DNA from: Trichomonas gallinae
Lineage: Eukaryota
Length of the DNA: 36,745 nt
Assembly (NCBI GenBank): GCA_008369845.1
Contig: MRSU01002278.1
Coordinates: forward strand, 1 to 36,745
Reading direction: 5' to 3'
The position numbers and the translations under genes were made by a program. Position 1 is the stretch's first letter; each line of letters starts with the position of its first letter. Shown piece after piece: positions 11,401-20,490 of this stretch. The notes beneath the pieces are model-generated. The model was given only the letters and a program-made list of their open reading frames with translations. It did not search any database and had not been told where the DNA came from.

Positions 11401-12460
11401 GCTTATTGAGACATTCACGCAAGTAGCCTTCCACACGACTGTTGTATTGGTGACGCTTATTTTGATAACAATCATTTCTTTCATTATATATAATTTCGTT
11501 CACTCGATTTTGTACACGGAAATGATTACACTGCTAGTTCCGTATGTTAGAACTGCTGTCAGTGAAGATGGCAGCAACTCTGTCTCAGGAATGAACGAAA
11601 ACAGTTTCACATTAGATTTAATTGGTTATCCTGCAGCTATAATTGATGAAAACGATGAAATTATCTTCGTCAACCATTTATGGTTAACGGCATTCAATGG
11701 AGTGATGCAGAATTTCATTGGAGAAAATTATAAAATAATCAAAGAGGTGGAGTTCAACATCCATCCATATGTACTCGATGGAATGAGAGTCGCCGTCGTC
11801 GAAAGGTCAAGAGAAATGACAGCACTGAGAGGGGCAATTGCAGCCAAAGACAAAGAATATCAGTCTATGATACAAGTTTTGCATCCTTTGGAGTCATTCA
11901 GCAACGCCATGAAGGAGAGAGATGCAGTTATATTGAGCCTGGTTTTCACTTCATTCATTGAGGGAGATAAGATGTCTGAAGTCGATTCGTGCAGTTATGA
12001 AGTCAGGTCGATTATGAGTCAACTGAAAGAATTCGCGAAAGATTACCAGCCGAGATTCTTGACATGGTCATTCGGAGAACTGCAGATAGTCTTCGGAATA
12101 TGCGAAGAAACAGAGCCGCTGATACAGGCTGCGATTGCAGCGCTGAATACTGCTTTCTATGCGATACAAAAAGCTTTGGAATTGGAGGAAATGTTCGAGT
12201 TGAATATTGCAGCAGTTATTATGCAAGGAAAATTCGCTGACTGCATTTTCGATGGAAAAGAAGCAAGGCTGCACAGGCAGCCTAATGCGATTATTATATC
12301 GCCAGCCATTTCGGATCTTCTCACTGAATATATCTGCGACATTGCTTTCGTCGTCGACGGATTCATCACGATTTACGTTGACGTGAGAGACATAAAACTT
12401 GTCGAAGAAGAGGAAGAAGATCTCGATTTAGATGGAATGTATATTGTTTGTGATAATTAA
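8408..12460 (+). CDS. Multi-pass transmembrane protein of the trichomonad transmembrane-cyclase type: TM clusters, PAS-like domain, degenerate class III cyclase domain
   Basis: 1350 aa with an N-terminal multi-TM block and further TM segments. Helical motif KHPTKIMFLKLASVFYERC. PAS-like LIGYPAAIIDENDEIIFVNHLW (~11610-11760), then a coiled linker, then cyclase-like DAVILSLVFTSF / SFGELQIVFG / EARL...IIISPAISDLL. Confidence 0.72.
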   Translation: MECDISKPIDSQALYATLMDIHAIDDTNKSFQHVIHTLFLIFSTITQNCGILPAIIYHFTQFQILCSISIFSILLSNYRNESHPINTFLNVFIQFNMTETMDPTIFQQLLMIEILSLFCIFFFWLCVYRIVKRIAFGSKFTLISYVFSVLLPLVLMIPNLLIASRIIHRILLGANPYIWYYATTQILTTLLLAFQIYIFAIFNTSLFNSVSNYVVVPNRTQNAPAFICVFLVGLVYDYKTPVYGKSIVATIYFVTSFLYFAKTRLMMLVSRHEISYHLAFGFCYFYQFTIGVSSIFHKYKYLYLIHVWFTFLIFFVFYFLSRVINEWRIIKMKRRIQKASSVNDIKMSDGIRFLEYCYVMYFSDPKFLLDGSMFQYCLRTEKDPFIYISLLRILSCLPISIPYINEIEKKALSSNPINRYEQFKLFEYKIIKKQRSKLVDPDDLEYYKKMSTAIRKFFELMNSAVPVIQHIKSQYYFVFGSAISELERKIEFYVDLMMIKHPTKIMFLKLASVFYERCAMNTLKVEQIAKMMSLCNAYQEDNPLWREMNTQIVFFSQRYDLLDDSNESNCTTDSKEINCMSLKSAISNEMLRLDTKHLKVTIYLNLFAGICFLGYIIFVIISTVNINSNINGVVQLTNAVNYKQASFVTLMINALRPCRGAYDNAESRKDIQNFNDNYIIEHAHFVKDFISIISSSSILNTSLWEVFGGRYIESSTIDGDPFNYSYMTIGTRVASLITNVLLAPKCEDSPYYYNIQMNFLNMTDWFNQFLSKFNPALATVFNTMALNYLLWGVAAHTLLLIGGIAYIVALVVYRFRLSRINKSISEGIANKESNIMTKIISGNHKNHNFYTIIVLVLIVIMLICYGLSFLTLMSSTQNSVLTLYLALSDMFREVVQLFYIATAITTTRIEILNSTQKNMSRYAVETTMKYIMTLNRATSNNYPRIFQLSRFLGLSYYTNDSYTMLKYSDEATDMLLNDLIPEDNLYIAQRNETYQEDKLIETFTQVAFHTTVVLVTLILITIISFIIYNFVHSILYTEMITLLVPYVRTAVSEDGSNSVSGMNENSFTLDLIGYPAAIIDENDEIIFVNHLWLTAFNGVMQNFIGENYKIIKEVEFNIHPYVLDGMRVAVVERSREMTALRGAIAAKDKEYQSMIQVLHPLESFSNAMKERDAVILSLVFTSFIEGDKMSEVDSCSYEVRSIMSQLKEFAKDYQPRFLTWSFGELQIVFGICEETEPLIQAAIAALNTAFYAIQKALELEEMFELNIAAVIMQGKFADCIFDGKEARLHRQPNAIIISPAISDLLTEYICDIAFVVDGFITIYVDVRDIKLVEEEEEDLDLDGMYIVCDN

Positions 12461-12489
12461 ACATAGATTTTGTTGTTATGATTAATTTC

Positions 12490-12825
12490 AATTTTTTTAT
12501 TTTGATCAATTCAAAAAACAGTGAGAATGAGATTGACAGCTTCACAATGGCCATTTATTGATGCAATCAAAGATGTTTTGTTGAAATTTTTTTTTTTTGC
12601 TTTGACAGCTTTTCCAGGATTTGATAACTTCATGATAACATATTCTAGAAGAATTAATGAAGGCATCGTTAAAATCAAATTCAATGTTTCTACTAATCTA
12701 ATTATAGATTTTGTCAAAATGTGATTTATAATGTACCATCTATTTGCAAATGTTACCTTGAAAACAAGAGTTTTTGAAATCCAACATTCGTTGAAGTCGA
12801 CATGTTAATCTGGCGTCGAGAGCAT
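12490..12825 (-). pseudogene. Decayed ankyrin-repeat gene remnant
   Basis: Minus-strand pieces in shifting frames: NSCFQGNI; DFNDAFINSSRICYHEVIK; PGKAVKAKKKNFNKTSLIASINGHCEAVNLILTVF*IDQNKK. These fit the ankyrin consensus (TALxxAxxxGHxEVVKLLL...GIDVNAK) with stops and frameshifts. Confidence 0.7.
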
Positions 12826-12893
12826 TTTAAAAGATTATTTATATAAAAACATACAAAACATAGTTTATTTCACAACATATATCATAAATAAAG

Positions 12894-15800
12894 TTATTCT
12901 GTTCGAGCTCTCATATCTTCTATCTTCTTTTGCTTTGCTAAAACTTGCTGCTTCAGCAATGCACATTGTTGCTGCTTATGTGCCAATGTCTCTTCTTTCT
13001 GAGACAATAATCTTTGCAGCTTCTTGATGTTTTCTTGTGCACGAGCAAGTAAAACTTGCAGTTCGCCATTCTTCATTGACATCTCTTCCATTTGCAACTG
13101 CATCTTCTTGACTCTAACAGATTCCTGTGATGATTGCAGAGCTGCAGCTGATGATTGAGTCATTTCTCCTGATGCATTCAAGGACTTTTTAGAACTGCGA
13201 ACATCATCAACTGGCTGCTCAACGAGTTCGAATCCGTAAATATCTTTCTTTGTGGATAATTTTCTTTTGAGCTCTTCGTTCTCCTTTTGGAGGTCTTTGT
13301 GCTTCTCTTCGAGGTTTCTCAATCTCTCTTTCAGCTTCTTTGCGTATTTCTGGAAGTCAGTGTGTGGCGAAGGCGGCGCGATTGTCTTTGCGTTCATGTC
13401 ATCTCTCTGCTCTTCAAGCTGCCTCACCTGATCACTGAGCTCTTTGTTCCTCCTCTGCATGTAGCGTGCCGTCTCTCTACTCTCTTCTAGAGCGTTTTCT
13501 AGTTGCCTCTTCTCACTTTTGAGCTGCGAAAGAAGCCTTGAAACTTCAATTAACTCTTCTGATTTCTTGATTTCTGCCTGAATTTCTTGCCTGTTATCGA
13601 ACTCTTGGGCTCTCTTCATCTCTCCGACCTGCAGCTCCAAGAATCTGTCTGTTTCCGTGCGCATCTGTAACAGCTTTTCTTGGAACTCCTGTCTTTGAGT
13701 CGCGAGTTCGTTCTTAAGCGTGTCGATCGTGTTTTGAAGATTCTGGTGGATGCCATCGGAATGCTTTAGTTTCTCATTCAAGTCTGATATCTTGTGCTTC
13801 CTCGTACTTGCCTTTCTCTGCAGCTTCTCAAGTGTTTGCTTGTGGTTCTTGACTTGCGCGCGTTGTATGAGGAAATCATCTTTCTTCAAAGCAATGAGAA
13901 TTTCAGCACCATTCTTCTTCAAGTATTCTTGTATTGGAATATCAATCTCATCTATTGTTTCAGCGTCAAACGACGAGACAACAGATAATTTCGACGCCTC
14001 AATCGTGAAGTCGTTAATATGAGCAAATGTGCACATTTCACTTGCGAGAGTTTTATGAGGCTTGACAGCAAAAACTTCGCGTGGAAGATCAATCTTATAT
14101 ATGGGAGGTGTGGGTACTCTCATGCTCGCATCATAGCTGATTCTTCTCTTCCTCATGTCCTGCAGACTGATTCTACCATCTTCTTCATTTATTGTGTCGA
14201 GTGTCTGCTTCGGCGGTTGTAATCTTCTCTGGTTTTTGACAGGAATCAGGAACTCCCTGCTCATGTTTTCGGCCGGATCAGATTCGGAGACTTCTATCGA
14301 CTGCATGTTTGTGCCAGTATCAATACCTTGTTGCGCTCCACTTGCTCCATCGCTGGGGTTATCGAACGCCGACAATGTGACAGGTGGAAGACTCTGTACT
14401 TGAGTGTTATCGAATTCATCTTGTTGTGTTGGTGTTGTTGAAATGTGTGTTTCAGTTTTTCCGACAGGAACTGATTCGTTCTTCGAAGAAATACTCGTTT
14501 CTGTTCTGGAAGAGGGAGAATATCTTTGGTTATTCAATGTCTGCTTGTAGATGTCGTTCTGCTGAGTCAATAACTCATTAGCTTTCCTTGCTTTATCCAG
14601 CTCATTCTTGTATAAATCTAGTCTAGCATAAAGGTCGCCCATCTCCTTTTCTAGCTGATGAACTTGTGCGTCGGAATCTTCGCTGAACTGGTTGTCTGTC
14701 AGTCTGAGCGGAGTTCCATCGAATTGGACGCCTTCATCAACTGTTGGAATGTGGACTGTTTGACGCTTAGGAGCAAGTAGGTCTTCCGAAGACATTCTAA
14801 GAGTCATGTTATCGTGCGCGAGTTTGCCGGTGAACGAGAACAGTGTCTTGTCGTTCTCGTTCGGGAATATAACTCCTGTATCTAATGGTGGAAGAGGCTG
14901 CGAGCGATTCTTCATTGATTGGCTCATCGTGTTGTTGAATGGTCTTGTTATTATATCTTTAGGCGGCTGAAGTGTTGATTCGTGATCCATAATGACATTG
15001 ATTGATGCATCTTTGTTCTGCTGCTTGCTGATGGCCTTGCGCATGATTCTTACGGCAGTTGCATCAGACACTTCTACCCTGCTGTCGTCGACATCATCGA
15101 AAACTTTCTTCGCGAATTCGTTGAAATCAAATGACTCAGGTAGCTCCAGCTCGAGGGCGGCGATGATTCTCTCGTAGATGCTGATCTGGAAGACGTAGTC
15201 AGCAATAGCTGCCTGGCGCTGAGAAAGCATGGCCTTCAATGCTCTGTTCTCTGCAGCTGCTTCTTTAAGGCCGTACTTTCCGCCCTCATATTTGTCGAGA
15301 GCCTTCTTGAGCTCAGAAATCTGCTCGTTCTTCTTCTCATACTTTTTGATGGCTTTTTCGCGCTCTTCGGCTTCTTCGACAGCTGCTTTCTTATAATATT
15401 CAACTTGTTGACAAAAAGTTACGTATTGTTCATTTCCTTGGGCTACGAGTTCTTCAATTTGTTCGCGATATCTGTTTATGCGCTGATCAAGCTCTTTCCT
15501 TGAGTCTTTATCAGATTGCAATTCTAATTCTCTCTGATCGAGTTTTGTGCGTGTAAGATTTAATTCACGCATGCAGCTATCAAGCTTTGTTTGAAGCATA
15601 TATGATTTTGCGGCCTCTTTCTTTGTTTCTTCGAGAGCAACAGATAATTGCGTAATTTTGTTCTTTGCTTCAATTAACTCTTTCTGAGTTTGCGCTAGTG
15701 TAGCTGCATTCTTTATCACGGCATCTTTTGATCTAAGAGTCGTTGAGCTGAGTTGGCTTCCATTTTTTTCGTTAAGTTCATTTTGGAGTAAATCGAGCTT

Positions 15801-16103
15801 TGCGTTGTCTTCTGATATACGAATTTCGAGCTGTTGAATCAATGTATTTCTGTTTGTGAGTTGATCTGTTAATTCTTTGTTAACACCCATAATATCTTGA
15901 AGCGCTTTGTCGAGATCTTCAATATGTGACTCATATCTTGTTATATTATCTGTAAGTTCCTTCTTTTGGCAAACTAAAACAATGAGATCTTGCTGAGTTT
16001 TGACTTTATAAGCTTCATAATCGGCAATTTTGCGTCGCAATGACTTAATCGTTTCATCTCTCAGTTCGATCTCTTGTCGAAGCTGAGCATCACATTCATT
16101 CAT
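12894..16103 (-). CDS. Long coiled-coil protein with a CEP290-like signature (candidate flagellar transition-zone protein)
   Basis: 1069 aa; N- and C-terminal coiled coils around a Ser/Thr/Pro-rich linker. YEGGKYGLKEAAAE (15249-15290) followed by FDFNEF resembles the CEP290 segment YESGVYGLEDAVVE...IDLTEF as I recall it. TCACA initiator directly precedes the ATG. Confidence 0.65.
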   Translation of the reverse strand: MNECDAQLRQEIELRDETIKSLRRKIADYEAYKVKTQQDLIVLVCQKKELTDNITRYESHIEDLDKALQDIMGVNKELTDQLTNRNTLIQQLEIRISEDNAKLDLLQNELNEKNGSQLSSTTLRSKDAVIKNAATLAQTQKELIEAKNKITQLSVALEETKKEAAKSYMLQTKLDSCMRELNLTRTKLDQRELELQSDKDSRKELDQRINRYREQIEELVAQGNEQYVTFCQQVEYYKKAAVEEAEEREKAIKKYEKKNEQISELKKALDKYEGGKYGLKEAAAENRALKAMLSQRQAAIADYVFQISIYERIIAALELELPESFDFNEFAKKVFDDVDDSRVEVSDATAVRIMRKAISKQQNKDASINVIMDHESTLQPPKDIITRPFNNTMSQSMKNRSQPLPPLDTGVIFPNENDKTLFSFTGKLAHDNMTLRMSSEDLLAPKRQTVHIPTVDEGVQFDGTPLRLTDNQFSEDSDAQVHQLEKEMGDLYARLDLYKNELDKARKANELLTQQNDIYKQTLNNQRYSPSSRTETSISSKNESVPVGKTETHISTTPTQQDEFDNTQVQSLPPVTLSAFDNPSDGASGAQQGIDTGTNMQSIEVSESDPAENMSREFLIPVKNQRRLQPPKQTLDTINEEDGRISLQDMRKRRISYDASMRVPTPPIYKIDLPREVFAVKPHKTLASEMCTFAHINDFTIEASKLSVVSSFDAETIDEIDIPIQEYLKKNGAEILIALKKDDFLIQRAQVKNHKQTLEKLQRKASTRKHKISDLNEKLKHSDGIHQNLQNTIDTLKNELATQRQEFQEKLLQMRTETDRFLELQVGEMKRAQEFDNRQEIQAEIKKSEELIEVSRLLSQLKSEKRQLENALEESRETARYMQRRNKELSDQVRQLEEQRDDMNAKTIAPPSPHTDFQKYAKKLKERLRNLEEKHKDLQKENEELKRKLSTKKDIYGFELVEQPVDDVRSSKKSLNASGEMTQSSAAALQSSQESVRVKKMQLQMEEMSMKNGELQVLLARAQENIKKLQRLLSQKEETLAHKQQQCALLKQQVLAKQKKIEDMRARTE

Positions 16104-16144
16104 TGTGATTCAGCAAATCAAACGTACAGTTTTTAATTTCTGAC

Positions 16145-16300
16145 ACTTTACATGACAAAACTAGTTTTTCAAATTCATTTACCCCTATATTTGTTCATCA
16201 GCCCCTAAATTAATGTCAAAATCTATACTTTACATGACAAAATAGTTTCAAATCCATTCACCCCTATATTTGTTCATCAGCCCCTAATTTTTGTCAAAAT
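16145..16300. repeat. Tandem duplication, ~82-bp period, 2 copies
   Basis: Copies start at 16145 and 16227: actttacatgacaaaa..tagttt..caaat.catt.acccctatatttgttcatcagcccctaa.t..tgtcaaaat. Confidence 0.92.
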
Positions 16301-16361
16301 AATATCTAAAATCTACCCCTGCATTAAGGATTAGACCCCTATTTTTTACCTCAAAGTTTCA

Positions 16362-16473
16362 TGAATAAATACCAACGCAAAAACATTGGCAATGATATAG
16401 TTTTGATTAAAGCTTCAAGAGAAGGATATCATGAAGTCATCAAACTCCTTCACACAGTTCTTAGAAATTGATA
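16362..16473 (+). pseudogene. Single decayed ankyrin-repeat fragment
   Basis: Reads INTNAK / frameshift / NIGNDIVLIKASREGYHEVIKLLHTV / EID. Shares 17/18 nt (16427-16444) with the reverse complement of 12620-12637. Confidence 0.7.
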
Positions 16474-16479
16474 ATTCAT

Positions 16480-16835
16480 TATTTTAGATGTTTAAATTGG
16501 TGATTTTATTTCTCGAGTCATTATCCACAAAATATTTTTTATAGTGTCAAAAATATCTAATTTACATGTCAAAATATTCTATATGGGGGCTGAGGGATCA
16601 ATTGGTGTTACTGAGACTCTTCCAGAAGTCAAAGAGTTTATAACTAACAAAGCTTTTGAATCAATGCCAATTAATACAAACTACAGACATCTGACGCCAT
16701 CAGAGAAACAATTTATTGATAAAACAATTCTTCGTTTCATGCAAACAGAAAGACGTATTGAAACAAAGATCCTTTCACTTGGCCGCTACGAGCCAGATAT
16801 TTTAGATGTTATGAATTGGTAATTTTATTTCTCGA
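16480..16835 (+). repeat. Direct repeat pair (37/38 bp) bracketing a small ORF
   Basis: 16480-16516 tattttagatgtt-taaattggtgattttatttctcga versus 16798-16835 tattttagatgttatgaattggtaattttatttctcga: 2 mismatches and 1 indel. Confidence 0.88.
16583..16822 (+). CDS. Small hypothetical protein (79 aa) with an N-myristoylation-like start MGAEGS
   Basis: First in-frame ATG of track ORF 16544..16822 (whose listed start is GTG). Less AT-rich than its flanks, protein-like composition, MGxxxS motif. Confidence 0.5.
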   Translation: MGAEGSIGVTETLPEVKEFITNKAFESMPINTNYRHLTPSEKQFIDKTILRFMQTERRIETKILSLGRYEPDILDVMNW

Positions 16836-17400
16836 TAATACATATATTTATTACTAACTTGTTTCTGTATTATAAAGTTATTGTTATACATACATAAATT
16901 AATATCCTATCATTTAAAAACAGAAATCGTATTTTTTTATGAATCGTTGTTATCACCCCTTTATTAGAAGGTCAACCCCTAAATTTATCCACTCTATATT
17001 AAAAACATCCCAATAATGATTCCCATGTGTTCATAAAACTGTATTTCATAATAGTTGAGAACTGTGAAGTGAAACTAGATCATTTTTGATCAAATCTTCA
17101 AATTTCATCAAAAATTTGTTAATTTCGATAATAAAGAGAGAAATTATTCATAATATTGCCTTCTTGAATGACATATTGCAATATCAAAGAATTTTAATTG
17201 GAAATTTTGAATGATTTTAAATTCATGATTGTTTCGGAGTTTTGAATGAGGCAATGATCCAATATATCAATGCGATATTGATGCTTATTGTCTCACGTGT
17301 CAAAAATCTGTTATTTGAAAATAGATAGTATTTTTTACACAATATATAATAGGAGGATCTATAAAAATCATATTTAATAAACAACATTAACTATATCAAA

Positions 17401-18408
17401 CTAAAAAAACAAATCTTCTTCATCAAAAGTAAAGTAACTATCAAAAAGGGCCATATCAGCTGCATTTTTATCTTGCTGCATCTGCCTTTGGTCAGGGTTG
17501 CCTTGCTGCGGCATAAACATTTGCATAGGCATATAATTCTGATTCTGTGAAAAATTCGATTGTTGAGTCGGGCAATCTTGGTGATGATACTGGGAGGGCT
17601 GCATCCCTCCGTGAAACTGATTCTGTTGGTAGTTTTGGAATGAATTTTGCTGCATAGGCTGCTGATAATTGTAAGATGATTGAAACTGATTCTGAAATTG
17701 CGAATTCTGTTGAGGTCTAAATTGCTTTATTCCTTGATATTGATTTTGGAATTGTTGCTGATGAAAATCTTGCGAAAATCCATAATCGGCTCTTTGCATA
17801 TACGGAAATTGCTGCTGATTGTATTTCTGATTTACTGTATTTTCCTGTTTCACCTGAACTTGAGGACTTTGAGCATAAAAATCCTCGCGAGGTGGTTCGT
17901 GGAAATTTTGCTGATCTTTCGGAAAAGAAAGAAAACTCGGGGGCGTATTATCTGTTTTATTTTGTTGTGGTTGGCTGAAAATTGAAATCGAAGGTTGTGG
18001 AGAGAAAGAAATTGGACTTTGCGCTGCTTGTGGAGTTGGTTGTGAAGTTGTTGCAGGTGTAGGCAACTCAGAAGAAGCCCCCTGAAGATTTAATCGAAGA
18101 AGTTCGTCAAAATATTGAAAATTAGCAGCAATAAAATACATTTTTCCCGGTGAGCAGCGTTTCAGCGGTTTTGGTGGATCAAGTTGCGCTATAACAGGTG
18201 CAGTGATGTTACCAAACAGTCTAGAATTTAGAGATCGCATATGTTCCAGTCGGTGAAAATAAAGATTTAATAAATTCGGTGTAATATTATTTGCTTTTGC
18301 GTCAATTACGCACCTACGAATGATTTTGCGCTTTTTGGAATCTTCCAGCTTATTTGCTTTCATTCCAGAAAAGTCATATCCTTCAAGGGCATAATCGACA
18401 CCCTTCAT
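17401..18408 (-). CDS. Hypothetical protein: basic N-terminal domain, Ser/Pro/Thr linker, Gln/Asn-rich low-complexity region, acidic-aromatic tail
   Basis: 335-aa ORF. N-terminal KKRKIIRR; long Q/N/F/Y-rich tract; C-terminus DMALFDSYFTFDEEDLFF. Confidence 0.85.
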   Translation of the reverse strand: MKGVDYALEGYDFSGMKANKLEDSKKRKIIRRCVIDAKANNITPNLLNLYFHRLEHMRSLNSRLFGNITAPVIAQLDPPKPLKRCSPGKMYFIAANFQYFDELLRLNLQGASSELPTPATTSQPTPQAAQSPISFSPQPSISIFSQPQQNKTDNTPPSFLSFPKDQQNFHEPPREDFYAQSPQVQVKQENTVNQKYNQQQFPYMQRADYGFSQDFHQQQFQNQYQGIKQFRPQQNSQFQNQFQSSYNYQQPMQQNSFQNYQQNQFHGGMQPSQYHHQDCPTQQSNFSQNQNYMPMQMFMPQQGNPDQRQMQQDKNAADMALFDSYFTFDEEDLFF

Positions 18409-19300
18409 TTACAATGTAGAGTAATGAAAATTTTGAGAAAAAAATTATCCCAAATTTCCCCTCTAAATTTTGTCTGTTTGGATTAACCACTTTAAGGGCA
18501 GACTAAATATTGTTTTTCGGGAAAACGAAGGGAAAAAATTTTGAAATTTTTTGTTTGCGGAATAACTTTGAATCTTTTTCGCGGTATTTATATATTTTCC
18601 TATTATGGTGAATATGAAATATATAATGAAATCCTAAAAATCTCTGAAAAATCAAGGATTATTTCTCAAATTTAAAATATTTTATACGTAATCACATGCA
18701 TTGGATGCAATAAATAGAATATGCAAAAATTTATGCATCTAAATCATGATTCGCAATGAATATAGCTATAGATTTATTGATTTTCAAATTTAATCGGTTA
18801 ATTTTAAGCTCAATTTGTCACTCAACTTCTTACATTCGAACGCATTCAAATATATTAACTATAGGCTCAAATTCTCCATTAATATCAAAAATATAATTAA
18901 ATCAAAAATCAACTCATTTCTATGAAATCTTTTACAATATATCAGTTACATTTTCAAAATTTAAATCAATATTAGATAATATATATTGTACTTGAAAATA
19001 TATTAATTTAATTAACATTAGTGGATATTGATAAGATTAATTCTGATTTTATGGCATGAAGTTTTGAGCATTTCGATATAAACAACGGTTGAAATATGAA
19101 ATTTAAAATTTATCGAAAAATATGTTAAACAAAAGTATTTTAGTAACAAACAATAGACAGTATTATGCATAATTATATAAATATGCATGAATTTCCTTAA
19201 AGATAATTTGAATAATTTTTGTAATAATATTAAGTTAGTATTTGGAAAATAAGATGTACTACATATATATTTCATGTATTGAGGCAGGTATATTTCAAGA

Positions 19301-19876
19301 TTATTCTGCAACATCATCACTTGGTTTCAGAATCTTGATATCTTCTTCTAAAGCCTTAATTTGGTATTTGACTTGGTGGATTTGAGTTTCCAATGATGTG
19401 ATTTGGCTCTTTTTTTGAGATAAAATTGCAAAAAGATCAGATTGTTTTTGCATTACGGAATCTTCAAGCTTTGTATCATGCATTGTTGAATTCACGTCAT
19501 TTTGCTCTGGTTGTTGCATTTTTGCAATTAAATCTGCTTTTTCCTGGTTAATCTTCTCCATTTCCTTTTCAAACTCTTCTGCTTTCTCAATATATTCTCG
19601 AACACGCTTCCTTTCACTTTCAAGTTCTTCTGTAAGATCTTTTAGTTTTGAATAAAGCGGGAGTAGGTCTTCTGCAGTAATCAGTACTTGTTGTAACTCA
19701 TTGACACCTTTTTGGACCTCTGATTTGTAATTGTTTGCTTTTCTTTCTAATCCGAGAAAATCTTGAATAAAATTCGAATCGAGATCAATTCCCAAATGAG
19801 CAAGCATCTCTTTAATAGTTCTCATTTGCTCGTCATTCATCCTTTGAAGTCTACTGACTTGCTTAGAGGAATTCAT
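19301..19876 (-). CDS. Hypothetical coiled-coil protein (191 aa)
   Basis: ATG-started ORF with an E/K/Q/L-rich heptad pattern throughout. Confidence 0.8.
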   Translation of the reverse strand: MNSSKQVSRLQRMNDEQMRTIKEMLAHLGIDLDSNFIQDFLGLERKANNYKSEVQKGVNELQQVLITAEDLLPLYSKLKDLTEELESERKRVREYIEKAEEFEKEMEKINQEKADLIAKMQQPEQNDVNSTMHDTKLEDSVMQKQSDLFAILSQKKSQITSLETQIHQVKYQIKALEEDIKILKPSDDVAE

Positions 19877-20490
19877 GAATTTTTTAAAAAAGTTGCCGTT
19901 TAAAAATTAATTTACGGGCGCCATAGCAGAACAATTATTTTCTAATTATTATCATCTCTCAGTTTTAACACATTTCACGAAAGATGTGGTTTGGTTTTTG
20001 CAATTGCTTCAAATAGTAGCGCACATATAAACATGAATAAGCCAATCTGAGCTTTTAATTTGATTGGGTAACTTCTATATTATTCAAATTGAATGTTTAG
20101 AAAGTACATTATGCAATTTCCAAATCAGCTGATGCATATCTGAAAAATTTTTCGAAGATAATGCTGAATCATTAGTCAGGGAGCTCTAATAGTCTCGAAG
20201 CATGGGAAATATAAGCGCATATGAATTACAACTCCATTGAAGTAAGGAACTTTATAAAGAATATATTTCGAAACCTTTTAATTGCTTTCTTTAAGGAAGT
20301 TGATGTGCCTAATCATATATGTTGCAAAAATAAGGTTGAAGATGATCACCCAAAACTTTTTGCATTATCTTTAATGTATATTTCCATTTTTCCAAATATT
20401 TTCATTCATGGAAACTCATAATTTATATTTGATATTCAAAAAAAAAAAAAATTTGAATAATCATTTTTAAAAACAAACAATAATATATAT

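Noticed and set aside
16104..16130. GTACGT 5-prime splice-site-like hexamer just upstream of the CEP290-like ATG (minus strand)
   Set aside because: No ACTAAC branch point fused to a 3-prime AG follows; TCACA before the ATG is better explained as an initiator.
18780..20420. Possible further BspA-like remnants (e.g. HSNAFKY, SVTFSK) and track ORFs 19018..19320 and 20221..20421
   Set aside because: Fragments too short to distinguish from chance in AT-rich DNA without a search.
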